Below, in pieces: positions 11,301 through 17,837 of a DNA stretch of 64,000 nt (positions are counted from its first letter, which is position 1; each line of letters opens with the position of its first letter). The notes below the pieces were generated by a model. The model had not been told where the DNA came from. It was given only the letters and a program-made list of their open reading frames with translations, and made no database searches. The stretch comes from Chlorobiota bacterium (GTDB lineage: Bacteria; Bacteroidota; Ignavibacteria; Kapaibacteriales; NICIL-2), in contig JBGAVD010000002.1 of NCBI GenBank assembly GCA_044228285.1, forward strand, positions 545,653-609,652, given 5' to 3'. The translations under genes were made by a program, and so were the position numbers.

Positions 11301-11815
11301 CCGGCTGACCCATTTGGTGGAAGGCTCGAAGGAATGACTCCGCTTGCTAGCTTTTCAGCGCTTATAGAATTGTCGGCGATGTTGATTGATTGAATTGCAT
11401 TAACCGCCACAGCGTTTGCAGAATCTGCAATACCAGCACGCTGTGAGTAGAGAGCGTAGGGCACAGCAGTCAATTGAGTCCGCGGCATCATTTCATCGTT
11501 GCTGGCTACTGAAACACCTAAAAAGTATGGACGGTTGAATGTGATGCTGTTTGGTATCGGAACCTGAGAACCTATGATGAGGCTAAAGATTCCTTTGATA
11601 ACGGAGGCGCGGTGCGCCTCCGTGTAGATAGGATCGGTAGAGCCCATAGTGGTGTATAAGCGCAGAGTAATGAGATACTCCCCATCTGGAAAGAGAGTAC
11701 CATCAGTTCTTACTAGCATTCCTTGATAGGAAATGTTACTCGGCACCTTCGCACTGAGTTGAATCGTGCTTGATAACAAGGCAATGAAAAGTACTATGCT
11801 GGAAGTCTTCAACAT
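5357..11815 (-). CDS. Giant (2152 aa) secreted repeat protein, adhesin or tail-fibre-like, with YadA-head/Hep_Hag-like 14-residue beta-roll repeats
   Basis: Signal peptide MLKTSSIVLFIALLSSTIQLSA. The N-domain starts ISYQGMLVRTDG...LRLYTT. It is followed by ten ~58-aa tandem repeats (KLAxGxxPxxLPPxGxAGGDLxGxYPNPxIAxxAVTNxKLAxNAVxTxNIQDAS). Then come four ~330-aa units, each ADNxxxGGNKRG + (ASGxYSxVxGGxxN)n + TAVFNNVDFWLTNNDxxxRxLRFYE...ANQVLxTDGSGxLGWT. No T9SS CTD at its own C-terminus. Confidence 0.85.
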   Translation of the reverse strand: MLKTSSIVLFIALLSSTIQLSAKVPSNISYQGMLVRTDGTLFPDGEYLITLRLYTTMGSTDPIYTEAHRASVIKGIFSLIIGSQVPIPNSITFNRPYFLGVSVASNDEMMPRTQLTAVPYALYSQRAGIADSANAVAVNAIQSINIADNSISAEKLASGVIPSSLPPNGSAGGHLTGSYPNPSLAPGSVTNTALSQNAVETTNLRDASVSSGKIADGSVTREKLAPGLLPTRLPPDGAAAGDLSGSYPNPSIAAAAVTNSKLATNAVGTANIQDAAVTSAKLSPGLLPTTLPPSGVAGGDLSGLYPNPTIAASAVTNSKLAQNAVQTTNIQDGSVTSSKLAAGVIPSSLPPAGSAGGDLVGSYPNPSIANEAISNAKLSINAVASYNMQDASVSTRKIADEAVTLAKLAPGVLPNALPPNGAAGGDLNGSYPNPTLSNASVTSSKLAPNTVGTVHIVDSSVTTQKLANGSVNATKLAVGVIPSTLPPSGAAGGDLAGSYPNPIVANNSVNNAKLTTNAVGTSNLQDASVTSAKLASGVLPTSLPPSGSAGGDLSGNYPNPLLANNAVTNSKVAANAIGTANIQDASVTSSKLASGIIPTSLPPNGAAGGDLSGTYPNPTVGTAVITNAKLASNAVSTTNIQDASVTIAKLATGVIPTTLPPNGAAGGDLSGTYPNPTVGTATITNAKLANNAVGTLNIQDASVTSAKLATGVIPSALPPSGTAGGELNGSYPNPTIANSAVTSSKLAAASVTADKIHSMGATAGQVIKWNGTSWIPGSSGFQFLEEKRDTLTPNDSVPAHALRAFGTAANIDLVLKPKGNGALSSHTADNTEVGGNKRGSYAVDFQRWRDDPTEVASGIYSTLLGGRSNTARGDLSTVCGGFGNKALNQYSAICGGAGNRVESLGGLIGGGTSNFIGPNADMSVVSGGSGNSIYGSHSVIIGGFQNSILSRNSTILGGTNAIIQFPADHSVVYNGSHQVQQCDFSIATPRTFAVNNVDFWLTNNDNSPRTLRFYEKYNSPGLFPNGNVNYVAFKAPNNITDDVEWTLPNSDGTANQVLKTDGSGHLGWTTVSSSSAVSSVNVSGGNTGLTASGGPITSSGTITLGGTLGISSGGTGATNQNGAISNLLPSQSGNGGRVLTTNGTSVSWQVAGGSSLSFWAESRNTSGPNTAVPVHQLRAVGSETRIDLALTPKEDGAICAQVADNTDAGGNKRGGFAVDWQMDRLFPEMVSSGFSSTISGGQSNTASGLGATVSGGYWNESSGDNSTVSGGGKNISSNEASTVGGGYDNVSSGFASTVSGGRLNTATAEFSAVCGGNGNRVRGMYSTIVGGGHLELDSAAEHSFGFNGDGTGELAKSMIISSHHTAVFNNVDFWLTNNDGLNRSLRFYEQDSATGNFPNGANYVGFKAPPVIPSDLVWTLPSSDGTANQVLRTDGSGNLGWTSLNSNTLSYFSESRNTSTPNTTIPVHQISATGTETNIDIAITPKGTGALCTQRADNSSNGGNKRGAFAVDLQRGRTSASQVASGESATISGGWANTSASLHSSVGGGFVNSILSSADGATIGGGLYNNIASYNLIEGKASTIGGGIQNVIQGYASTIGGGDTNTSMGTYNVIAGGAHNLALSTGSTVCGGTYNSAAAEWSTVLGGSNLTLDSLAMHSIGFNGDNDALTKPISITTARTAVFNNVDFWLTNNDGQTRTLRFYEQNENVGPFPNGKNYVALKAPNSLSADLVFTLPDSVGTSGQVLTTNGSGAMNWSTPTFSLQHIAESLHSTAPNATTNVVQLRPTTTGDIDLALSPSGSGAILAQVPDNAIDGGNKRGSMAVDWQMIRSSASQVASGLYSVLSGGAQNLVSGDYAVVTGGEHNSSDGNHSSVGGGAQNNASGSYSVLGGGRQNVASGYSATVCGGLQDTASGVSSVVCGGESNTASGPYSCVVGGYLNSVAADNATVLGGARMTLENSAAGSIGFNGSTSSTVKPISISQSQTAVFNNVDLWLTTNDNSPRSLRFYEKYNTTGAFPNGTNYVSLKAPDSIATDIQFSLPASTPTSSDRMLTSSTSGAMSWGRQVLQFLDQTIDCPTIAASGGTAYVDLTVSGAVVGSTVHLSPREDMEDGICIASVRVSATDTVRIKFVNATASAVNPQAVNIDLSIIQP
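5620..9580 (-). repeat. Coding repeat: four diverged ~1-kb (≈330-aa) units inside the giant gene
   Basis: Four blocks each contain GGNKRG, Gly/Ser-rich 14-residue repeats and the near-invariant AVFNNVDFWLTNND...LRFYE...FPNG.NYV..KAP motif. Boundaries are approximate. Confidence 0.65.
9600..11440 (-). repeat. Coding tandem repeat: ~10 copies of a ~174-nt (58-aa) unit inside the giant gene
   Basis: Ten successive G[STLN]YPNP motifs at ~58-aa spacing in the translation. Boundaries are approximate. Confidence 0.7.
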
Positions 11816-11849
11816 TGAATTTCTTGATTGAGTGGTTAAGCTAAAGGTG

Positions 11850-12419
11850 TTACGCTAGTGTTAGTGCCAGTTTTTTGTGAACGATGATAGCAAGGCTGTT
11901 ACTCTCAGCACCATCTTGGTAGTGCAGCAAGTAGATGCCATCGGGTATGCCTAGTTTTCGTATATCAATGGCTACTGTTTCAACCCATGGGCCGCTATAC
12001 ACCTCAGCGACGTGCTCACCCAAGAGAGTATGAAGCTGCAAACTCACCGTGTTGATGCTAGGCTTGTCTATGTGTATGGTTGCTTCAGAAAGGACAGGGT
12101 GAGGGCTTACACGTATGCTGGACCGTGTCGTGTCAGTGAAAAACGAGTTAGACGTAGAAACCCAGAAGCCTTGTTGTATGTGCGCCTTTGGATGTTCCAC
12201 AAGACCTACAATGGACTGTCCGACTGTGCCATAGCAGACGGTAGTCTTGTTTATGCTGGCCGAGCTTCCCGCGGACACGACCGCTTTCGTCAAGCTTTGC
12301 GAAAGCAGAGTGCTCGAATTGAAACTCGTGAGCAATCCAAAGAAGACGCAAGACGAGGAAATCCAACTTGCTCGTCCAAGAGTGTACATGCTGCCAGGGA
12401 AGAAGTCTTTAGCGTTCAT
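11850..12419 (-). CDS. Small secreted protein with T9SS C-terminal sorting domain
   Basis: The ORF is open to 12530, but the likely start is an internal ATG at 12419 or 12389, followed by signal peptide MYTLGRASWISSSCVFFGLLTSF. The C-terminus (...GIYLLHYQDGAESNSLAIIVHKK) is T9SS-CTD-like. Confidence 0.5.
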   Translation of the reverse strand: MNAKDFFPGSMYTLGRASWISSSCVFFGLLTSFNSSTLLSQSLTKAVVSAGSSASINKTTVCYGTVGQSIVGLVEHPKAHIQQGFWVSTSNSFFTDTTRSSIRVSPHPVLSEATIHIDKPSINTVSLQLHTLLGEHVAEVYSGPWVETVAIDIRKLGIPDGIYLLHYQDGAESNSLAIIVHKKLALTLA

Positions 12420-12739
12420 GCAGAATGCGTTTATATTGTGTAACAATCGAAATAGCGCAACCCTCTGCCGATTCACCTTCAGCAAAGTAGATCCAGGCAA
12501 CATCCTGATCTGGTTCGGGATAGTCTTCAATCAGAAGCAACTGTCGAAGTCTCGAGAACCATATTTGGAAAGTTGTTAGATACTCTGCTCGATCATCCAT
12601 AGTTGAGGTGTAGAAGTTGACAGTGGAAAATTAGCCGTCGAAGAGTCTGAGAATCGAGCAACAATGTCCTTCATTCTTAAATCTCTGAGTCGCATATATT
12701 GCGCTAAGTGCCATTCATTACATTGTATTAGAGCAGAGC

Positions 12740-14356
12740 ATGACTCCTTCACAAGATCTCCATCAATTGATTCACTCTCTCTCGAGTTCGGAGAAGCGGT
12801 ATGTAAAGCTATTTGTGGCAGGAACGAGTGGTGGAAGCGAGACTATCGCTCTGCGTGTCATAGATGCAATTGCAAAACAAGAAGTGTACAACGAAACGGC
12901 ACTTCTTCGGAAGTTTTCCAAGGAAAAGTTCGCTTCAAACTTTGCCGTCTATAAAAAGCATATCCTCTCTGTTATTCTGCGTGCTGCTGCCACATACCGC
13001 GATAACATCGATCAAAAAGAGTCACTCCGATTGCGGCTGCGAGAGATACTCTTTCTCTATGAGAAAAGTCTCTACAAACTGTGTCATAAGTTGAACCAGA
13101 AACTACAGGCTGATGCTGAATCATCAGAATGCTATACGCTGTTGATTGAAAGCCTTGATGTCGAGCGAAGACTCTTGACCTGCTCAGAGGCGAATGAGTT
13201 GTTTCCTGAACAGCATCATATTCTCATTCGGGAGCTTGAAGAGCGTATGACAACCGTTGTTGAACAATTGAATCGTGTCAATATGATGCAGATGGCATAT
13301 GAGCGGTTGCTTTTTGCAGTAAAGAACCCTGGTGTCGAGTTTCAGTCCATAGCTGGTATGAAAACCTGGGCAGAGACTGTCCTAAAACCGTCCTTGTTCT
13401 TCTCCAATCAAGAGTACACGTCCTTCTCGGAGCAACGACTGTTCCACGTAGTGCGAGCCTACTATCACTCTGCCTTTTGCGTGAACTCAACAAGTGATCC
13501 AGATCAACAACGTAACGAGTTCGTGCACTCAATCACGCATGTTCGCGCTCTCGTTGACTTGTATGGAAGAAACAATAATCGCAGTGTGTTTGTTGGCGAG
13601 TACTTTGAAGATGCGAGAATGATATCCGCTGTGCTAAGCCAGACTTTCCTTCATCATGATGCGCTTCAATTCATACAGGACTGGCGAAGCCAGGCCATGA
13701 ACATGAAAAGCTTTATCAGCAAGAACTGGGATGTGATTATTCTGAACACCTTCGTGCGTGAAGGGTACATTCTCATAGAACTCTTCGATGACAAACTCTC
13801 GATTGACTATCTAGAGAGAGTACGTACAATAATCGATGACAATTCGTCTGACCAAGCACATGAACTGATTCGATCCATAGAGTATGTATGCGCCTGGCTC
13901 CTCTATTCTCTCGGTCGTTATGACGAGTGCATTGGTGTGTGTGCGCGAATCCTGAATTCAACAACACTTGAGCTCCTACATGAGAATGTGCGGATCATTC
14001 AGCTTGCTGCTTTCTTTGAGAAGAAAGAGTATGAGATACTCAATTCAATAGCTCGTTCTTCGCTGCGACAAGTTCAACAGAACAAAGCTCTGCACGGCTA
14101 CAAGTCTTTTCTGCACTGCATGATTGGAATCTCATCTGCTGGATCGCAGAAGCAGATAGATAAGTGCATACGCACTTTTCAGAAGAAGGTGATCGAGTTC
14201 AACCAGAAAGAGTATGGTAGTGATTTCTCGGACTATCTGGAGACTGGTATCGAATTCCCGATCGTTTGGGCGGGAGCCCAGTTAGCCCGTAGACGCTACT
14301 CAGAAGAGCATCGGGAACGAATGTCTTTGCTTAAGAAAGCTCTACAAGTGGACTAA
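12740..14356 (+). CDS. Hypothetical cytoplasmic alpha-helical protein (538 aa)
   Basis: ATG start. Long uninterrupted ORF with no signal peptide or TM segment, helical/TPR-like composition and no recognisable catalytic motif. Flanked by long non-coding DNA. Confidence 0.55.
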   Translation: MTPSQDLHQLIHSLSSSEKRYVKLFVAGTSGGSETIALRVIDAIAKQEVYNETALLRKFSKEKFASNFAVYKKHILSVILRAAATYRDNIDQKESLRLRLREILFLYEKSLYKLCHKLNQKLQADAESSECYTLLIESLDVERRLLTCSEANELFPEQHHILIRELEERMTTVVEQLNRVNMMQMAYERLLFAVKNPGVEFQSIAGMKTWAETVLKPSLFFSNQEYTSFSEQRLFHVVRAYYHSAFCVNSTSDPDQQRNEFVHSITHVRALVDLYGRNNNRSVFVGEYFEDARMISAVLSQTFLHHDALQFIQDWRSQAMNMKSFISKNWDVIILNTFVREGYILIELFDDKLSIDYLERVRTIIDDNSSDQAHELIRSIEYVCAWLLYSLGRYDECIGVCARILNSTTLELLHENVRIIQLAAFFEKKEYEILNSIARSSLRQVQQNKALHGYKSFLHCMIGISSAGSQKQIDKCIRTFQKKVIEFNQKEYGSDFSDYLETGIEFPIVWAGAQLARRRYSEEHRERMSLLKKALQVD

Positions 14357-15552
14357 GTGCTTGCTTCTATCAAACTCCAGACATTGCGAGTGCCTCACTG
14401 AACTTCGAGATAGTACGAGTTATACGATGATTCTGTCGCTGTCTTAGTGTGGTGAATAAGCGAGAGTGGAGTAGTGTTTGAGATACACGAGTTAGGCCCA
14501 ACTTGATAGACACTGTCGCTCTGTTAACCCTCATCAGGAGCTCGAAACCGTTTAGCTCTGGCAGAATGTCAGCCTCAACCTTTTCAATGCTACACTCCAA
14601 CTCACCTTGGTTTGATCTACTAACATGCTGCCCAGCTACGTGAGCTCACGGATTACGCTCGGGCACTTAGCACACGATCTCCACGGTCACTATTGGACGG
14701 GACTAGGACTGAGTGATGACGAACGCAACAATCCAGTGAGTAGTCATATGGCTACCCGCATCGACACTGTGCAGCGTCCACACGACGTGTCACAATCGCA
14801 GGACAGACAATAGTAGAGTTCCGCGCAGATCGGGGACAACAGTCGTGATTGCAGACAGTACGATTCGTCAACATGGGGTAGAAACTCACACTATTGACAC
14901 AAGACATTTTACTTCTGACTATTAATACAAAAAAATACTATTAAACATCTTGGCAGCATGAATGCGAAAACATGTGCTCTGTGTCGACAGATAATTGTAA
15001 GTTGTTGCAGTTACAACTGCAATGTGGACATTGTACAGAGTACGGTTGGACTTTTGATGGGAATGCAAACGTCTTTCCTCGATGACTGAGAAGTGAGATT
15101 CGTGATTCGGTCAGTCGGAGCATGGGTGAGTTGTTGAATTGTTGTGCTGTTGTTTCGGTTGAACATACAGTAGAGCTTTTGAGTTGACATGTTTATGCAA
15201 CCAAGCCTAATAATCAACGCTCTGGAGAAACACCTGTGAATTGTAAGATGCCTGTAGTTACAGGCTGTTTAGTCTTCATTATAGAGATTCAATAATATTG
15301 ATTGAACGTTATAGGCGGCATTGAAATTGAGCGCCGCTTTTTGTTTGGGAGACTATTGTTAACAGAGGTTGGTTTGAAAAAGCGCACAACGTCCATACAA
15401 CCTGGACGAAGACGAGCCGTGCGTTGAGTCCACAAAGAATACGAGAAGACACTTTCGATTTCTTGGAAGACGCAGTTTTACAACGCGGACATTGTGCATA
15501 CCGTTTGATTTTTAAGCTCTGTTGAGGGCTTTACTCGAGGATACGCAAAACG

Positions 15553-15587
15553 TTAACCTTAACCTTAACCTTAACCTTAACCTTAAC
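15553..15587. repeat. Hexanucleotide microsatellite (TTAACC)5 plus TTAAC
   Basis: Perfect tandem copies read directly from the sequence, ~95 bp upstream of the ATG at 15681. Confidence 0.95.
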
Positions 15588-15664
15588 GCAAGCCTTTTAC
15601 TGAGTGTCATTTTTGCTTGTGACACTCTATCCAGCATCAACCGAGCAATGCATTGATTCATTAG

Positions 15665-15674
15665 TTTTTTTTTT
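15665..15674. repeat. Homopolymeric T10 tract immediately upstream of the start codon at 15681
   Basis: gtttttttttta read directly, 6 bp before the ATG. Confidence 0.9.
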
Positions 15675-15680
15675 ACCATT

Positions 15681-16178
15681 ATGGAGAATAGTATGAGTAC
15701 GTTCAGGACTACAGTAGTCGTATTGGCACTACTAGTAAATGTAGGCAGCATGTTTGCACAATCAAACCCGGCTCCAAACAAGCAGTTCGGCATTGGAGTT
15801 GGAACAAGAGGTGCAGAGTTTGTGTACGCTTTTAGTCCTTCCATTCAGTTTGGCAGCTACGTCGGTCTACGACTCGGCGATGGCGAGACCATGGTAAGCT
15901 TTACTCCAAATCTGCGCATTCTGTTTGAAGGAAATGTCAACATGTTCCTCCAACCAGGCTTGAGCTTTTCGTCGACAAGCATGACAAGAAATGGCATTAC
16001 ACAATCTAGCTCGTCAACATCGGTTCTATTAGATGGTGGGCTAGTGTATTACATCCGACCTTCTTTGGGCTTGATTGGATCGATTAAGGTTGTCGATTTA
16101 GGACTAGGACAAGATGGCGTAGCAAAGTTTGGTTTGTTTGGCGGTGACATCGGAATTGAGTGGTTCTTCGCTCCTTAG
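15681..16178 (+). CDS. Small secreted or outer-membrane protein (hypothetical)
   Basis: ATG start. Signal peptide TVVVLALLVNVGSMFAQ. Gly/Ser-rich with alternating hydrophobic beta-strand pattern. C-terminus ...IEWFFAP. Confidence 0.5.
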   Translation: MENSMSTFRTTVVVLALLVNVGSMFAQSNPAPNKQFGIGVGTRGAEFVYAFSPSIQFGSYVGLRLGDGETMVSFTPNLRILFEGNVNMFLQPGLSFSSTSMTRNGITQSSSSTSVLLDGGLVYYIRPSLGLIGSIKVVDLGLGQDGVAKFGLFGGDIGIEWFFAP

Positions 16179-16702
16179 AGTTACTGTACGAGTCCTGCTT
16201 GCATCCAAGATTCACGTGACTCAGCAATACGTGAAGCCCGTACTCTTTAGTTCATCAGAGTACATGCGCCCGCGCGCTACATGAAGCCACTTTGGCGACA
16301 GGGTAACTATGCCATTCACTTGTCCGCTACAGCAATTGAATTCGTAGTAGCGGCAACGTTCGTATGGCATTGTCTCCGCTCAGGAATGCATGTGTATCGG
16401 AGTATGTTGGCCACGCACCGAATTGCGAATGAGTAATGAAATTCATGCTTACACGGACATCATTTCATCTGAGCGTTCTCGGGTGTAGGTGTATTGTTAG
16501 TACGCTAGGTCCAAGTAGCAGGCTGGCAAGAAGACAGTGAAGTAGTTCTTGCAGGTTGTTCGCAAATCGATAACAGGTTGCATGCGCGTCGTGCACACTG
16601 TGCTTTGCGAGTGTTATATCGTTGCACAACGAGAACGGAGCGTGTAGACCACCACGGACGCCGTCATAAAAATCATAGAATATCAACGATAAGGAAACGA
16701 GA

Positions 16703-17314
16703 ATGAAAGCACTTTTGTGTCTGATAATACTCTCTGGTGCCGTCTCGGCACAGAGCTCTGAGAAATCCGTAACGTCCAAAGTCCTCAACGCAGTTCAGCA
16801 ACTGAACCCTTGGCAGAATCAGTTCTGTTTTACCATCGACGCCGCCTTTCCGGTTGGCTCAACAGCCAACCTGCTCAGTGGCGGTATGGGATTCAATGCC
16901 ACCTATTATTACCATGCCTTCTCACACAACGAATTTCTCTCATTCGGTATTGGATATTTTTCCATGCCCTATGTGTCGATAGTGGACTACCACTATACAA
17001 CCGTTCCTATCCAAGTTGGATACCGTTACAACTTCGAAGTGAGAAGTGTACAGCCCTACGTCGGCGCAGAGATTGGTGCTGCATATACGACTTCCGCGAT
17101 ATTGAGTGATACAGTTCGAAACTCCTCTGAGTACAAAACAGAAACTGGATTCCCATTTATAGCCACGGTGAAAACAGGAGTCCGCGTGCCACTTGATAAG
17201 AATGTGGATATGGATGCACATATCAAGTACAACTCCACCTTTTCAAGTCCTACAGCTATACAGTTTATGAACGTAGGTGTGGGCGTGTCCTTCCGCTTTG
17301 ATACCAAAGAATAA
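16703..17314 (+). CDS. Outer-membrane beta-barrel protein (OmpA-N / opacity-porin-like)
   Basis: AGGA-type RBS before the ATG. Signal peptide MKALLCLIILSGAVSAQS. Amphipathic beta-strand periodicity. C-terminal ...GVGVSFRF with a terminal aromatic typical of OMP barrels. Confidence 0.6.
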   Translation: MKALLCLIILSGAVSAQSSEKSVTSKVLNAVQQLNPWQNQFCFTIDAAFPVGSTANLLSGGMGFNATYYYHAFSHNEFLSFGIGYFSMPYVSIVDYHYTTVPIQVGYRYNFEVRSVQPYVGAEIGAAYTTSAILSDTVRNSSEYKTETGFPFIATVKTGVRVPLDKNVDMDAHIKYNSTFSSPTAIQFMNVGVGVSFRFDTKE

Positions 17315-17837
17315 ATCCGTCAGAAGCTAAGCTAATGTTGCGCACTCGATACACTCATTGCATGAGTAGTACAGAGCTGTTAGCGATCCACGCACTCTAA
17401 GTGTCGTGCAAGGGAACAGGGCATTTGTTGTACAAAGTGCCCCACAAAACAGCTTCTATTTGAAGAGAGACCATCTATAGTCTCACGATGAATCAGGGCA
17501 TCTTCACCGAACTGCGAAACGCTAAGCAATTGAAAGTGCCAGTGGATGTGTTCTACAAGCATGCTTTGCGTATGTTGATTGAAAAGCGCAGCAATTAGTA
17601 TAGCGTGATAGGCTATAGTGGGTGGAAATCAGCTTGAGATTCCGCGTACAGGCCATCTAACCCCCACCGAAGAAATGCCGAAACAAGTACTGCGCCGTAG
17701 CACGACTCTGTAGAGGACGTCTCCGAGTACTGAGTAGTCTCATGAACATTCGCTACGCAGAAAGATGCACAGTCCTCGGCTGCCTTGATCTTTGCATCAG
17801 CGCATTAATCCGCCGAATCGCTGTAGGTGTACAATAC

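Noticed and set aside
9600-11440. Regular ~174-bp periodicity that could be mistaken for a CRISPR array or satellite
   Set aside because: The periodicity lies entirely inside one long open reading frame and translates into conserved 58-aa protein repeats.
12012-12579. 143- and 110-aa plus-strand ORFs overlapping the small T9SS gene
   Set aside because: They lie antisense to an ORF with a clear signal peptide and CTD. Arg-rich composition typical of spurious frames.
15553-15587. (TTAACC)n as a telomere-like or CRISPR-like element
   Set aside because: It is a single short perfect microsatellite with no spacers or partner repeats. It is not a known telomeric unit and the replicon is bacterial.
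15512-15844. 110-aa minus-strand ORF containing an LRLRLRLRLRL run
   Set aside because: The low-complexity run is just the translation of the (TTAACC)n microsatellite. There is no signal or domain, and it overlaps the promoter of the 15681 gene.
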